From: Cyanophora paradoxa CCMP329
Lineage: Eukaryota; Plantae; Glaucophyta
Direction of reading: 5' to 3'
Assembly: GCA_004431415.1 (NCBI GenBank)
Contig: QPMI01000125.1
Span: forward strand, 1-64,000
DNA: 64,000 nt
Below, in pieces: positions 1 through 14,088 of the stretch. Numbering within the stretch: position 1 is the first letter of the stretch; every line of letters starts with the position of its first letter. The notes beneath the pieces were generated by a model. It saw only the letters and a list, made by a program, of their open reading frames with translations, had not been told where the DNA came from and made no database searches. A program made the position numbers and the translations under genes.

Positions 1-1170
1 ATGAACACCAGGTCCGCCGCCGCTGCAAGGGCGCCGCTCGAGTCCAGCCCCGCTCGGGCGGGGCGGGGCAGAGGATACAGCGCGGCGCGCGCGCACCGCG
101 GGAGAGGCCGCCGCCGACGAGGCGCGTCTCCTGCAGGAAGGTCGAGAACTCCTTCTTGTTCATCACGAAGAGGTCGCCCTGCTCGCCCTTGGAGGGGCCC
201 GCGTTCCCGCCGGCCGCCGCCGAGCCGGCCGTCATGCTCCGCAGCAGCGACTTGGCCTCTGCCTTCCGCCGGGCGCTCACCGCCGGCGGCGCCGCCGCCG
301 CGGCGCCCGCCGACGGCCCGCCGCGCTCTTGCCGCGCTCCAGCGCCGAGAGGGAGGAGGAGGGCGCCGGCGCCAGGGTCACGCTCTTGGAGCTGGGGGCG
401 CCGGCGAGGGCCCCCGAGCTCCCGGGGGCTTTGAGCGCAGAGGGCGGCGCGGCCGGCGTGCCGGGGCCCGAAGGGGCGCTCCCCGGCGGGCTCTTGGAGC
501 TCGGCGCGCCGGCGAGGGTCCCCGAAGCAGGGGTCACGCCGCGGCTTGCGAGGTCGGAACCGGGGCCCGCCAGGAATCCCTGGCTCCCCGCCGAGGCGAG
601 CCGCAAGGCCCCCGAGGAGGCGGGCGGCGAGGCCTCGTCCGAGGGCCGGGGGCGGCGGGTGGCGGCGTTGGTGACGCCGCGGTCGAGCTTGGCGTAGAAG
701 TTGAAGATGCGGCGGAGGGCACGGTAGTAGCGCGCCATCTCCGCCTTCAGCTCCCCCCGGATGATCGCAGCCTGCGGCGAGGCGGGGCGGGCGCGGCGTC
801 AGAAGCTTTCTCCTTCTCCTCCTTCTTCTTCTTCTAGGATATAATGAAGGGCGCGCCATCTGCTCGTCGGTGGCCTTGAGGAGGTCGCGGATGGCCATCC
901 GCTGGAAGTCCGCTGCGCCGCGCACGCCCCGTTCGTTCGTTCGTTCATTCAGGGCGGGGGGGCGGGAGGGCACCGTCGAGCTCGGCGCGGTCGGCCTCCT
1001 CGAGGCTGGGGCCCCGCTCCTCCGCCATGTCGTCCTCCTGCTCGAGTGGGTGAGGGGAGCCGAGGGAGCTGGGGGGGCGGGGGGGAGGGGGTAGGGCGCG
1101 CGGCGACGAGCGTGACGTCGTTCTCGGAGAGGTACTTCCGCGTCCGCCAGTCCACCGTCTCGAAGTCCTG

Positions 1171-1206
<36 letters not shown>

Positions 1207-3967
1207 GTCAGAGGGGAGAGAGGAGAGCGCCGGCCCCGGCCCCGGCCCCGGCCCCCTCTCAGCTTTCTCTTTCTCTGGAGCCGCCCGGGCCGCCCGTGCG
1301 CACCGGGATCTCCTCGCGCTCGCGCGGGGGCGGGAGGAAGAAGTAGCGGTCCCGCCTCAGGTGCTCCAGCGAGCGCTGGAACGTCCGCTCCCCCGCCCCG
1401 CTGTCCGGGTTCTGATTCGATGAGGGGAGACTGCTCAGAGAAGAGAGGAGGGAGGAGGGGCGGGGGCAGGGGAGGGGGGTACACACCCGCTCGAGGGCGA
1501 GGAACGACTTGCCGGCGGCGAGCTGCCACTCCCGCTGCGCCAGGCTCTTCGCCGCGCTCGCCAGGAAGTGCTGCCCGGGGGGTACGCGTGAAGAAGGGGG
1601 GGGGAGAAGAGGAAGGAAGGGGGCGCACCGGCGTGTCGACGGTGGAGACGGGGGGCAGCCCGGGCCCGTGCCCGTGCCCGTGCCCGCGGGCCTCGTTGTC
1701 GGTGCTCCGGCGCCGGTTGAGGGGCCGGCCCGCCGGCGCCACAGGCCCGGGGACCGACTGCGCGCCCTCCGGAGCCCGGGGCTTGAGCCCGAGCTCGGCC
1801 ATGACCTCGGGCACCAGGCGCGCGTAGAGCGCCTCCTTGTACGCCGTGAAGGACGGCTCCCAGAAGGGGCTGCACGGACCCCATAAGCGGGCCGGCGGGA
1901 CGGCGGGCCGGCGGGACGGCGGATGGGGCGCAAACCTGTGCCCCTTGCGGCGGGGGTCATCCTCGGGGGGCGGGGGGGCCCTCGGGGGCCTCCGGGAGGC
2001 CCGGCATGCGCCGGAAGGAGCGGTTGTTGCCGCTCCGGAAGCTCCGGGACCGGAAGGAGGGGCCCCGCTCCGGCATCGCCCGGCGCGCCGTCCTCAGCCC
2101 GCCCGCCTCCCCGCTCTGCCGCCGCCGCCGCGCCGTCCGCGCCCCGCCCGCCGCCTCCGTGCTCCCCCGCCGCGCGCTCTTCAACGGCAGCGAGAGGCCC
2201 GCGCCCGGCCCGAGGCCGCCCCGCCATCCCCCGCCGCCTTCAGGGGGGCACGCCCCGCGTGAGGCGCGCCCCCCCTCGCCCGTTTCCCTGCTCCGCGCGC
2301 CGCGCGGCGGCCGCCTCGGCCGCCTCCGCGGCCGCCAGGGCCGCCTTCGTCGTCGTCAGCTGCCGCCGGAACGCCGCCACTGACTTCAAAACCTCCTCCG
2401 AGCGCGCGTCCTGTACCCCCCGGCCCCCGATCGCCTCCCCGTACCCCCCTCGCCGTCCCTGTACCCCCTTACCTTGGCGGGGATCATGATCGAGGCGGGG
2501 TGCACGCGGGGGTCCATCCCGAGGGCCGCCAGAGCCGCCGCCACCTTTCGAGGGCACGGGTTCGACGGGGGCGAAAGAAGGAGGGGAGAAGCGGCGGGCC
2601 GCGGACGCACCGCCTTGCGGGCCGCGCGGGCCTTGGCAGCGAGGGCGGCGTCGCTCAGGGCGTCGCCGAAGCCCGCCGCCGCCGCCGCTGCCGCCGCCGC
2701 CGCCGCCTGCGCCGTTCCGCGTCAGCCGCGGCGGGAAGCGTGGCGGGCGCTGGCGGGCGGGCGGGCGGGCGGGCGGGCGGGCCTGCTGGTCGTCGTGACC
2801 CCCCGCCACGCTCGACTCGCGCCGCGTCTTGAGGCCCTGCCCGTCCGTTGGCGCTTCCTGGCCCTGCCCCGCCCGCCCCGTGAACCCACGAAAGACGGGG
2901 GAGGGGAGGGGGGTACAGGGCGCACGGGAAGGAGCGCGGAGGCGTCGTCGAGCTCCCGCCCGAAGAGAGAGTTGAGGATGTGCGCCCGCGAGATCGCCTT
3001 GTGGGGGTACATCCGCTCCACGTCGTCTGGGGTCAGGCTGCGGCGGGGGGCGGGGGGGGGGGGGGGGGGAGGGGGGGGGGGCTGTTCAGGCCAGGCAGCA
3101 CGGGCGTACCCCCCGGGGAATGCCTCACCTGAGGTCGGAGATGGACTTGGAGAGGGTGCGGAGCTCGAAGCGCTGGGCGGAGGGCTGGGAGGAGCGGGGG
3201 GTACCGAGGCGCTCCTTGACGTCCCAGGGGGAGAGGTTGGAGGGGTACTCGGGCCGCCGGCGGGGTCCGGAGACGTGCGGGAGGGATTGGCGGGAGGCGT
3301 GGAGGGAAGAGGCGCTGGCGTCCGCGCGGAGCGAGGGGCCGGGGGACGGGCTCCGCGCCAGGGGCGGCGGCTGCAGCGGGGAGAGGGACGGGGACGGGGC
3401 GCGGTGTCCGCTGCGGGGTGGGAGGGCCGGCGTCGAGGAGGAGGACCCGAGCTTGGCGGCCGGGGTCCGCGGCTGCGAGCTAGCGCCCAGCGGCGACGGC
3501 GTGGCGGCGCCGGCGCGGGCCGCCAGCCGCTGCTGCTTGCCCGGCATCCTCGTCGGCGTCTCCGCCGGAGACTGCGACTGTCGGCTCAGGGCGATCTCCT
3601 GCGGCGCACGCGTCAGCCACCCCGCGCAGCGATCTGAGGGAAGTGAGCCGCACCATGACTTCGTCTAGCGCGATGGCTTGCACGGGCTGTCCAGGTACTA
3701 AAGATAAGCCTACTGCCCTAAGCTGCAGCGTCGGGCGGCTGTAGCCAAGCAGGTCGGACGATGGACGGGACGGTGGCGACGCTCCGGGCGCAGCAGGCAG
3801 TGCACCGCTCGAGCCTCCTGGTCCAGTCTGCGCGCGCATGAGCGCGATTCCAGATAGGAGCGGCAAGCCCCGAGGGCCCCCAGTCCGCGATGTGGCTATT
3901 CCGGGTGGGAGCGCTCTAGGAGCGCTTTCGCGCTCAGGCAGGCAGCGTCGAGGTAGGCGCGCACCAT
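1..3967 (-). CDS. Multi-exon gene, unknown protein; 3' end runs off the left edge of the window
   Basis: Natural-looking minus-strand peptide segments are separated by C-rich introns (ERMYPHKAISRAHILNSLFGRELDD, EEVLKSVAAFRRQLTTTK, DWRTRKYLSENDV, MARYYRALRRIFNFYAKLD, GDLFVMNKKEFSTFLQE). The start is tentative (ATG followed directly by a gtgcgc donor at 3967). No family recognised. Confidence 0.55.
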
Positions 3968-4049
3968 CAGGAGGCGAGGCGAGCGGTCATGCCCTCGCCG
4001 CCGAACCGGCTGTGTTTTGCTCTGGTGTTTGCTGTACCCGCCTGAGAAG

Positions 4050-5867
4050 ATGGCCGCCGCGTTCGCAGCCGCTCTCCCCGCCCATATTGCGACGCAAAGG
4101 ACACAGCTAGAACAGCGCAGCCGAACGACATGCATTGGTGCGCCTCTCCTGGCGGCAGGTTCCGGCTCGCGCCGGAACGCGCCCCGCTCGCCCTCCGCGG
4201 CGCGCGTGTGGTCGGCGAGCCGATCGGCCTTCTTCGGAGCGGTGTCGGCACGGTCCGGCTCGGCGTCGGCGTCCCAGCCTTTCCGCTTCCGGCCGCAAGC
4301 ACCAGCAGTGATCCTCGCGTCCGGCGAGCCGACCAGCGACCTTAAGAAGCAGATCGAGGCCGTGGCGATGCAGGCCGCGCGGTGCGTGCGCGCAGAGCCG
4401 ACCGGTCGCTGCTTGGCTAGCTGAGCCCCCGCGCGCGCAGGGAGGCGGGCGCGATCATCCGCGCAAAGTGCGGCAACCCCGACGCCGCCGTCGTCAAGGG
4501 TGCCCCCGCCCCCAACCCGCTCGGCTCCCGCTCCTGCGCCGCCCCCGGGCCCAGCGCGCCGCTGACGCGCGCCCCCGCGCAGGCGTCGCCGTGGACCTCG
4601 TCACGGAGGTCGACAAGGCCTCCGAGGAGCTCGTGCGGGGATACATCGCCAGGAACTTCCCATCGCACTCCATCCTCGGTCCGCCCGCCCCCCGCCCTGC
4701 CGCGACCCCGCCCGGCATGTACCCCCCCTCCTGCAGGCGAGGAGGGGGTAGAGCCCGGCTCCGAGGCCTCCGCCAAGGCGCTGGACGACCTGAAGGACGC
4801 TGAGTGGCTCTGGATCATCGACCCCCTGGTCCGCCCCCATACCCCTCGCCCTCCCTCCCACCCCCGGTCTGACGGCCTACCCCCCCCCCCACCCCCGCCA
4901 GGACGGGACCCTGAACTTCGTGCACGGTCTGCCGCTCTCCGTCGTGTCCATCGCCGTCGCGTACCGCGGCGAGCTGCAGGTCCGCCCTGCGTACCCCTCC
5001 CCGGCTCCCTTCCCCCCCTCAAATTCCTGTACCCCAGGTCGGAGTCATCTACGATCCCTACATGAACGGCGCGCTGTACCCCTCTCCCCCTCCGCCTCTC
5101 GGCCTCACGCCCGGTCCCAGAGATGTACGCGGCGCGGAAGGGCGAGGGCTCTTTCCTCAACGGCCGCCCCATGCGCGTCTCCGGCCCCGAGGAGGGTACC
5201 CTCACCCAGGCGATTTTTTCCCTACCCCCCAACCTCCCTCTTGCGCCTGTGAAATCCGTACCTTACGCGGTCGAGCAGGCGATGCTGGCGACGGGGTTCC
5301 CGGCTACAGTGCGGCCTGAGATCTGCCGAGGTTCGTTCTGCGTGCCCCCACCCCCACCCCGCCCCACCCCCACCCCCAGGCTGCGCTGTCTTCGACCGCT
5401 TCTGACCTGCCTCGCCCCCGCAGGCATGACCGAGCTCATCCCCCTGTGCCGCTCCCTCCGCGCAAGCGGTCCGAGCCGCCCCCCCCCCCCCCCTCCCCCC
5501 CCCCCCTCTCCCACGCCCCGTTCTCGAATCGAATCTCGAGTTCTTTTCTCAGGCTCGGCGTGCCTGCACCTGGCGTGGGTGGCGTCGGGGCGGCTGACGG
5601 GCTTCTGGGAGTGCGACCTGAACAGCTGGGACATCGCCGCGGGGGCCATCCTCGTCATGGAGGCCGGCGGGCGCATGTCCGACACCCTCGGCTGCCCCTA
5701 CCAGCTCTCCGTCCGCCCCCCAACCCCTCCCGCCGGCCCGCCTCGGATTCCTTACCCCCCCCCCTCCTTCGCGGCAGGACCGGAACGTGATTGCGAGCAA
5801 CGGGCTCATCCACGACGACATCGCCGCGGCCCTCGCCCGCTGCGACGGCACCGGCTTCAAGCGATAG
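4050..5867 (+). CDS. Inositol monophosphatase family protein (IMPL1/SuhB-like) with N-terminal plastid transit peptide; multi-exon
   Basis: Spliced exons give [97 protein letters not shown] 4050, TAG 5865-5867. The Ser/Ala/Arg-rich leader starts MAAAF. Confidence 0.93.
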
Positions 5868-8800
5868 CTCCGGATCCGGGGACGGGGACTGAGTGCCTGC
5901 GTGGACGGGGACGGCGAGACAGGCCGCGATGTATGCACGTCTGCCGCAGCGCGGGCCGGGCTGTTCTATATACGCGAGCAGCGCAAATGCTACGCTCACG
6001 TCGGGAACCGCACTAGTACTCCCGCGGGGCTGCTCGGGGGGGAGGACGCCGAAGCCGCCGGCCGCGGCTGCTGGAGCGTGGCCTGAGCAGGCCTAGGGGA
6101 CGCCGCTCTGGGCGGGACGGGGAACGGTCCGGTCGAGCCGCTGCCGGTCCGGTCCGGTCTGGAAACAGTGGCACTGCGGCGCGCGGGGAGGGGGGCGAGT
6201 CCCGGGCGACCCCCTTCCTCAGGGCCTGCCTGGCCGGACCTATCCGAGCAAAACGGGGACCGCCCGGACCGGGGCGGGCGGCCTGATATGAATCATGATC
6301 ATGAGGTCAGCGCCGCCTCCTCAGTCGCGATCGCGATCAGAGCGCGAGTCGCGATCGGCCTCGAGTCGGGTCGGCGATATCGATCGTTCGGCCCGCCGCC
6401 GGCGCCCGGCGCTGAACTCTCTGGGCTCGGCTCGGAGGCTTGCGCTGGCAGCTGCAGAGCCTACCCGGTATAGCTAGTACTTCGTCTGCCTGCTAGTAGG
6501 CTAGTAGCCCTACGGTCATGATCATAGTACGGTGGGCCGTAGGCGGCGACTCGGCGGCGAGTCGGCGCCACTCGCCGTCGGTGCACGCGATGGGGCTTCG
6601 TTCGCAGCACGGTTCATCTCGGAGCCAACTGCGCACATACCCCTCCAGTCGACCTGGCTTACTGTTAAATGCAAAACTTTACTAGTCTGAAATATTTATT
6701 AGTCCGGGGTTTTGGCCGCTTTATTACCTAGTAAATATTTATCACTTGGCGCTGAGAGCTTTATTAGCGGCCTTTAGCAGGGGGTGCCCCCCGCCCCCGA
6801 CCCCTCCGATCCACGGCCCACCGTGGCACGGGCCACGCACATACACTGCGCTCAAAGAAGCGCGGAGAAGAAGGGCGCCGACGAATTTAAAGGGTGTACC
6901 CCCTTCGCAGCACTGCTTTATTAAATTACTCTAAAATCTGAGAGCGGCGCCTTGCAACTTTAGCAATAAAAAATCCCCATAATAACTATTTTGCATTCTA
7001 CAGTATTTTTCGCCGGCGCCCGGCTGCCTGCATGCGCAGCTGCGGCTGCCGGGCCGCTGCCCCCGCCTCATGATCAGGGCCGCCTGCCCGCAGCCCGCGC
7101 GCGCCGACGCAGCTCCGACTCCTCCGAGGCTCCCGAAGTCCGGATCCGATCCCGGCCCGGATTGCCCTCTTGCCGATATCGATTCCCGGCCGGATCGATA
7201 TCGGCGCCGGCCGCGGCGGATCCCGATTCCCGATTCCCGACCGTCGGACTCCCGAGTCCGTGCAGCTGCAGCTAGCGCTGACTCGAGATCTAGAGAGCTG
7301 AGCGAGTCCCCTCGCCAAGTCGAGGGCCGCAGACTGGCCCGCAGTCCCCTAGGCCTAGGCCTGCCAGTCTCCGTGCAGCTGATCATGAGCGCCCGCGGCC
7401 GCGGCCGCTGCAGCGACGTCGACCCTGCAAAGGGAAACAAGCTCGCTGTGTATACGTAGCTGCAGAGCACATAGGCCCGATCGGCGGTTACGCGGTTAAC
7501 GTGTCAGATCGGTTATTCGATAGCTAAAGTATACCGGTACGTATACTACCGCAGCACGAGTACGGTAGCTGCAGGTTGCAGCGCAGGCTGCGCAGCTGCA
7601 GAGCCTGCAGCCTGCAGCCCGGCCCGCGGCTGCGGCCGGTCGCGCGCGCCGATCGCGCGCGATCAGCGGTTACGGATCATTTCCATTGCAGCTGCTGGTT
7701 GCTCCACCAGGCTGGCAACAGCAGCGCTAGCGGTTGCTCAACAGCGCTAGCGCGGTTCGCGGCAAAGGAAAGCGGTATGGCGAAGGCTCCCGATATCGAT
7801 CATGATCAGCCGCAGCACCGAATCCACGTGCATGCGCACGATCTGCGGCCGACCTTCGCATTGATGCACCGAGCCGGCGTGAGCCGCTTCGCCGGTGCGC
7901 CTTCCGCACCGTCCGACCGTCGCGCGGTCTCGCCCGCGCCTCAACGGCTGCGGGTCGCCGACTGCAGATTTTGTCGAGGTCCCTACAGCTGGCGACGTGC
8001 ACGCTCCCGCGGCCGGGCTTGCCTGCGAGCGATACTCGCTCCTGACGTGCAGGTACGTATATATACGCATATGCATAGCTATAGTACTGTACGGTGCCCT
8101 GATCACACTCCGGTCACCGGGTCCGCGGCTGGCCGCGGCCGCGGGTCCGTGAGATAAAGCTCTGTGCTATATAGCCTAGTCTTCGATCCCACGCGACGCC
8201 TCAGCGGCTATAGCTAGCTATAGCACACGCTGAGCGCGCCTCCCGGCCCGCAGACAGTACAAACTCTGCCTAACGGACAGGCGGCCCGTGGCCTGCGCCG
8301 AGTGGTTCGGCGCTTCCATTCGCGTGACCCTTTGCTACGCGGGTAAGCCACAGCCCTCCCCACCCTGCCGCCCTGCCCCATCACGGCCGTCCGATCCGCG
8401 CTATCGAAATCGTCTCGATACCGACATTGACTGGCCCGGGCCCGGGGGCAGACGGCGGCGGCCCGATCCTTGAAAAGCTTCCTGTTTGGGCGACCGAAGC
8501 CCGCAACGTTAACACCCGCGATCGAAACCCCAAACGAAAGAAGCGGAGCGAAGGTGCGCGCCGGGCCTTGAAGCGCATGTCCTTCAAAAGTTAACGTTGA
8601 GGTTCCGTCGGTATCATATGCATTAATATTGATGGCCATGGCCTGCAGGCCCGCTGCTGCTCTTCGCCCCGAAGGCCAGTGGCTGTGTACATTCCCTTCC
8701 TCAGATGACAAGCGCGGCGGAGGCACGTTTCGCCGGCGCCATTTATAAGCTTAAGCAACCTGGATCGTAGCCGCCGCGCTTGAATAATCGATTTCGTTTT

Positions 8801-11567
8801 CTCATGATCAGGTCGTGCTGAGAATGGGTCCGAACGGCATCTCCGAGGCTGCATTCGGTTTCCAGGCGACAACGGTGCGTGCTTCATGATCAGAATATTC
8901 AACAGGTCATATTTTGTCTTAGCTGAAGCGCTTCACAGTACTCCCATGGGCACCGGCTCTTTGCACTGCAGCTGGAGGCAGCGGGCCGAGACGGGGCATG
9001 GTTGCCCACTGCCGGCACCCTCCAGTTCACAACCCGCGCCCACAAGGGTGCGGCATGGTTGCAGCAGGGCCCGTGCGGTATACGTACGATTAATCAGGTT
9101 GCAATTTCAATCGCAGACGTGGGCCGATCGCTACGCTCCGGATCCGGATCGAGCCCCAAGGCTGGGATTCGAGACACGCCCGAGCTTGAGGGCGCCGCAT
9201 GCACGTGCGTGTCGATATTGATTGAAATTTATCACAGTATATTCGAATTCATGTACATTCGAATTCATTGACGACTGCGCCAATTGCAATCCGCGAACGT
9301 TAACCACGCGCACATGTGCAGCGCTGTCCAGAGCTCCGACGTTGATGATGCACAATTCGAAACTGCAGCTAGAAGCGCCGACACGGCTGCTGGCACTGAG
9401 CGGATCGAGAGGGGTACGGGCACAAACGACAAGGACGACGCGCACGACGCCGACTTGCTGGCGCTCATCGACCGGCTGCCCCTGTGCGAGCCCTGCGGGA
9501 TCCTCTCTAATTTAGCGATCTACTTTAATCTCGAACCCCTCTCCAGGGTGGACCTACGTGGACTGCCGCCCCTCGCAGACCAGGAAGAGGACGAGGACCC
9601 TCAGACGGCCTGTGAAAGCCCCCCGCAGGTTTTCGGCGATGCCGTGCGGGCTCTGGAACGCGTCTGCTCCGCCGCAGTATCGTGCGTGCATTTCGATCTT
9701 TGCGGTGTCCATAATGCTCATGCGTCTGCTCACTGTGCGAGGACGCAGCCCCCTCGTTTCTTCCCCCGACATCGACGCAGCCACGAGCTCCGGATCCGGT
9801 TCCTCGCCCTATGCCCCGCCACCCCCCGACAACCAAGGCGACCCCTTCGGTAATTATAAGTCGCGTGCGCGTCCTCGTGTACCCGCTTCCCTCAAGGGGG
9901 CGTAGGGGACGGCGAGGACGGCGCCGGCCTAGGGTCGCGCCGCTGGTGCTCGATACTGGACGGGGACCCTTTGATGCCAGCCGAGGCAAGCATATATACC
10001 CGTTCCAGGGCTTTGCAACCTGGCTTCCCTTGAAGATTATTCGCCTCAGGATTCCACCCCGGAGACGTCGACCCCCTCGGCTTGCCCCTCGCCTACCTTT
10101 CCGGGCGCCGTTCCCCCCTTCCCCGCCAACACTCCTGAGGATGGCTACAGGTGCGCCAGTATTGCTTCCAGTCTCTTTTATGTTCAACGTTGCGGGTTAT
10201 TTGACTTGCGCTCAATTTTAATTGATCCGACAGCTTTGCGGACCCCATGATCCTTCGGGCCCCGGCTCCGGATCCGGTGTGCTGCGCATGTTGCGTCTTT
10301 GCTGCCGCGCGCGGGCGTGACGGTACGGCAGCCTCGGCTGCCCCCGCCAACGGCCCCCGGGATTGTCTACCCTCTTTTCATTCAGGTAAGGGTCCCGATA
10401 CCAGGTGGGGCCCTCGCCTCGCTGTCTCAAGTTGCGGGGGTACGCAGAATATGGAAGAGGCTGTATCCCCCGAACAGGCAGCGGCCCTCGCTGCCCGGTG
10501 CGCCCCCGCCACCCCACTCGCCCCCGGCCCCCACCTCCCCTCTCCCCCACCCCCCACATCGCCCCCCCCCCCCTCTTCTCTTCCTAATTGTCACTTTCCC
10601 CCCCTCCTTTCCTCCGTCTCCCCCTGTCCTGGCGCGCAGGTGCGAGGCCCTCGCGGCGGCTTGCATGCGGGAATGCGCAGAGGACAGTCGCAGGGAACTT
10701 GCCGAGGTCCGCGACAACAGAGATTTCCATAGAATTCCATCTCGCATCCGGCGTCTTTAGATTTGTACTGTCTAATCCAAGTAGTTCCCTCTAATAATTA
10801 GCTGGGGCATATCGTGGCCCCTCCCATTCTCGGCCTCCCGCCCTGGCCTTTGGGGTTCACAGGGTCTCCCAAGCTAGTTCTTATCGTATATATAACACTT
10901 CGTTACGTAATTAATAATTGCGAGGCCATCGGTGTCGTTTCGTATTCGCAACAAGACCATCCCGTTTTCAGAACGCCCTATGCAGGCGAATTGGCGTCGC
11001 CCTGAGTGGGTCGCCCCTGACCGGTACCAACTTTTCTCCTCCCGGCCCGCAGAGCTTGCTGGACTTCCGGCTGCTGGCCACCGAGCTATACACGACCCCC
11101 TATGGCCGATTCCGTGCGTGCCCCGAACTCATATGTAGAGCTCGAATGAGATCACTTCAGTAGAGTTTACTTGCTTGAAGTAAGCAATTCCCACCGAAGC
11201 TGAAATCGAGCGCCTGCCCCGCCGCGCCAGGCTTCCACCGTCTCCTGCACAGCCTCTACGATGTCGGTTGCCAGGACCTGGCGCGCCCAGCCTCCCGGCC
11301 CGCACCCCGTGCTGAAAGTACGGTCTTTACCCTGCGCCTTACACACGCTCGATCGCCGGCCTAGGTTGTCTCTTATGTATCGTCCCTGCACCGCGCCCTT
11401 CTGGCCCACTTCCCCCTGGGCCGGTGCGCGCGCTCTCGCATCCGAAGCTCGAACCGGCGGCCGCGGGGTACGCAGAAATACCTGCCAAATATCTGATGAA
11501 TCACGCAGGGTCGACGTCGAAAACACCGCCCGCTCCATCTTGAATTTCATTCAAGTGCGCTGATTTT

Positions 11568-14088
11568 TTGGGGTTGAGAGATTCGGAGACCGTGGTCCCG
11601 CCGGCCGGGTTTCGGGCGCCACCCCCGACGGCTCATCGTCGGCCTCGCCAGGTCATGACGGGGCCGATCAGCTCTGTCCCGATGGACTTCTGTGTGATTC
11701 CAGAGGAGAACGTTCTCCTGGCGAGCGCCCCGGAGCGCTGCCTGTATATATACGTAGCTATAGCTATGCATCAGCAAGAAATTTATGGCGGCGGTTGGCC
11801 ATGGATTGACACGAACCGTTCGGCAGCTTCTGAGCAAGTCCCGCGCCCTCATCCATGGCCAGTCCGTCGCCGTCGGGGACGAGGTGCAACCGCCTACCCC
11901 ACCCGCGCGCCGTCGGAACCTCGCCTCCTCGCTCACTTGAAAATAACTGAAATCAGCCGCCGTTGATCTACATTGAGTGGCTGCTGGAGAAGGGCATGGT
12001 CGACTTCAAGGTACCTAAATATTATAAAACATCGACGGCGGCAGCGCAATTCATGCGGGTTTTATTTTTCGCCTGATCTTCGAATGCAGTTCCAGCGACA
12101 CAGCGACGCCATCGAGTGCCTGTGGCAGGCGTGGAGCGAAATCATCAGGAGGTGCGGCCGTCGGCGTCCCCGATGACTCTCCCCGGAACATTAATCGCGA
12201 TTTCGACGCCGCGCGTGCGCCACAGGCAGCTGAGCCCGTGCCGACTGGAGGCACGGTGGCCGCCTTCCCCTCTCATCCCCCTTCCCCCCTCTTCCGCTTC
12301 GAAATTAATCATCTTTGACCATTGGATTCAGAATCATCGCGAACTTGCTCAGCTTCGTCGGTCGGCGGAATTTGATGCTTGCGCGCTTTCTTCGACTGTG
12401 AGAGCCTGCTTAGACTGCGCAACTCGCAGCTCTTGTCCCCAACAACATTACAATGCTTCGGGACATGAAGAGCAAGGTCTACTGGTGAGGTGGAAACTCT
12501 CGGAAATTTGAGGAATATTGAAGAGATTATCTAATTTTATAATCCCTGTCAGGTATGAGGAAACAATGGATGACGCTATGGACGAGGCCATGTGCTTACA
12601 GTGTTTCAGTGCGCTCTATTAATATTGCATAATTATAAATAAGCAAAACGCAAAAGCAAGAGAAATGGATAACAAGTTGTACTCCGTGACTCGCGCCCCG
12701 GGCCTTGGGGCATGTGCCTCCGTCTTTTTGTTGGCATTTCTTTAAATTCGCTCCCTGACCATGTATGTCAGGCGGCCTTGAAATCATGCGACACCGGTTT
12801 GCCGCGGCCGCGCAGTACGCGACTCGTTCGGTTGAAGCCTGGCAGGTACGCATGCTGTGAAAGCTTGTAATTGTTGACGAGAGGCTCCTGTATTTGTTTT
12901 CAGTTTCTGAAACCGTTGCAGCGGGCATCCTCCGCAGGACCGGCTTACCGGCCGCTCGCGATCCGAGCGATCCAGTACCGGGTCCGCCTCGGCGTGGCTG
13001 TTGGAAGCCCTTCGGTCGCGCGCGCGAATCTGACGATGAACGCGGCCGCCCGGCGGGGCCGGCGCCTCCGGTCCGCCCCCAGATGTATGCGAACATGCGG
13101 ATGAACCGCCTGGCCTCCGCCGCGCAGGACTGGAAGGATATTTTCAAGCTCCTCAAGGTCCGCGGCGAGATCTTCGGAGTACTAATATTAATCGCAATCT
13201 CAATTCAAATCCTGCCGCTCTTCTGTGTTCACAGGAAACCTGCAGCGTTAACTCACACTACTGGTCCGCGCCACGCTTGCCTCTTCATAAAAATGCGGCG
13301 TCCCTGCCATGCTGATCCAATGCTGATTCCACATGCGCAGGGACATTTTGTTCATTGCGAGGTCTCGACCCACGGCGCTGATCAATTTTACTGCTCATTC
13401 GTTTCCTTTATTGACCCGTTTTCACTCTTGGCTCTCGCGCACTGCGGCAGGTTTATGCGGGAGTCCATGCCGCAGTACCCGGGCCCTTCGCAAAGGGACA
13501 TCGCGCGCCTGTTTCGAGCGATTTTTGTGTTTATGAAGGTGCACACTCGCTTATCGGCCTGCTAGATATTCTGTTTCTCGTCCCAGTTTCTAGTTTACCT
13601 CCCATCAAAGTAAAAGTAACACTAGAGCTTTAACGCGTTCCGCTCATATTGGTATTTACTCATTCGAGATATTCATGGATATCCCCCGCGGCCACAGATT
13701 ACGGACGGAAACGACGAGACACCCCTCCGGGGGCACGCGCTCATGCGGCTTGGCGAGTTTTACTTTACTACAGGTGCGCGGCCATCGCTAATAAAAGCAG
13801 CTGTTAGAAATGGCTGACCGGGGCCTCTTCTGGCCGGCGCAGGCGAGAGGGAAAAAGCGGCTCAGTGCTTCGAAGAGTCCATCTCGCTCCTTCAGGTTCG
13901 CAAGCAGTCCGACACTCCCCGATCCGCGAAATCTTTATTCTATATCAATCTTTCTTCGTAGGGTCGCTTTCCGCTATGCTTCTCAGACGCCCACCCGCGG
14001 ATCGTCTCGACGCGACTCTTGCTCGGTGTCGCGCGCGGTAGTCTGCACCCCTCCTCCATGCCCTCCATCACGCATTAGGTTGCAGTAG
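11568..14088 (+). pseudogene. Degenerate multi-exon gene of unknown function with a TPR-like C-terminal segment
   Basis: Exon-like peptides bounded by gt/ag (IYIEWLLEKGMVDFK, FQRHSDAIECLWQAWSEIIR, MRMNRLASAAQDWKDIFKLLK, KAAQCFEESISLLQ, FSDAHPRIVSTRLLLG). I could not assemble a clean frame. The 3' part is duplicated at ~27720-29310. Confidence 0.35.

Noticed and set aside
6700-11500. Assorted ORFs (e.g. 8214-8726, 9284-9853, 10247-10760)
   Set aside because: Some pieces look exon-like, but I found no recognisable domain or consistent gene model; they are probably decayed sequence.
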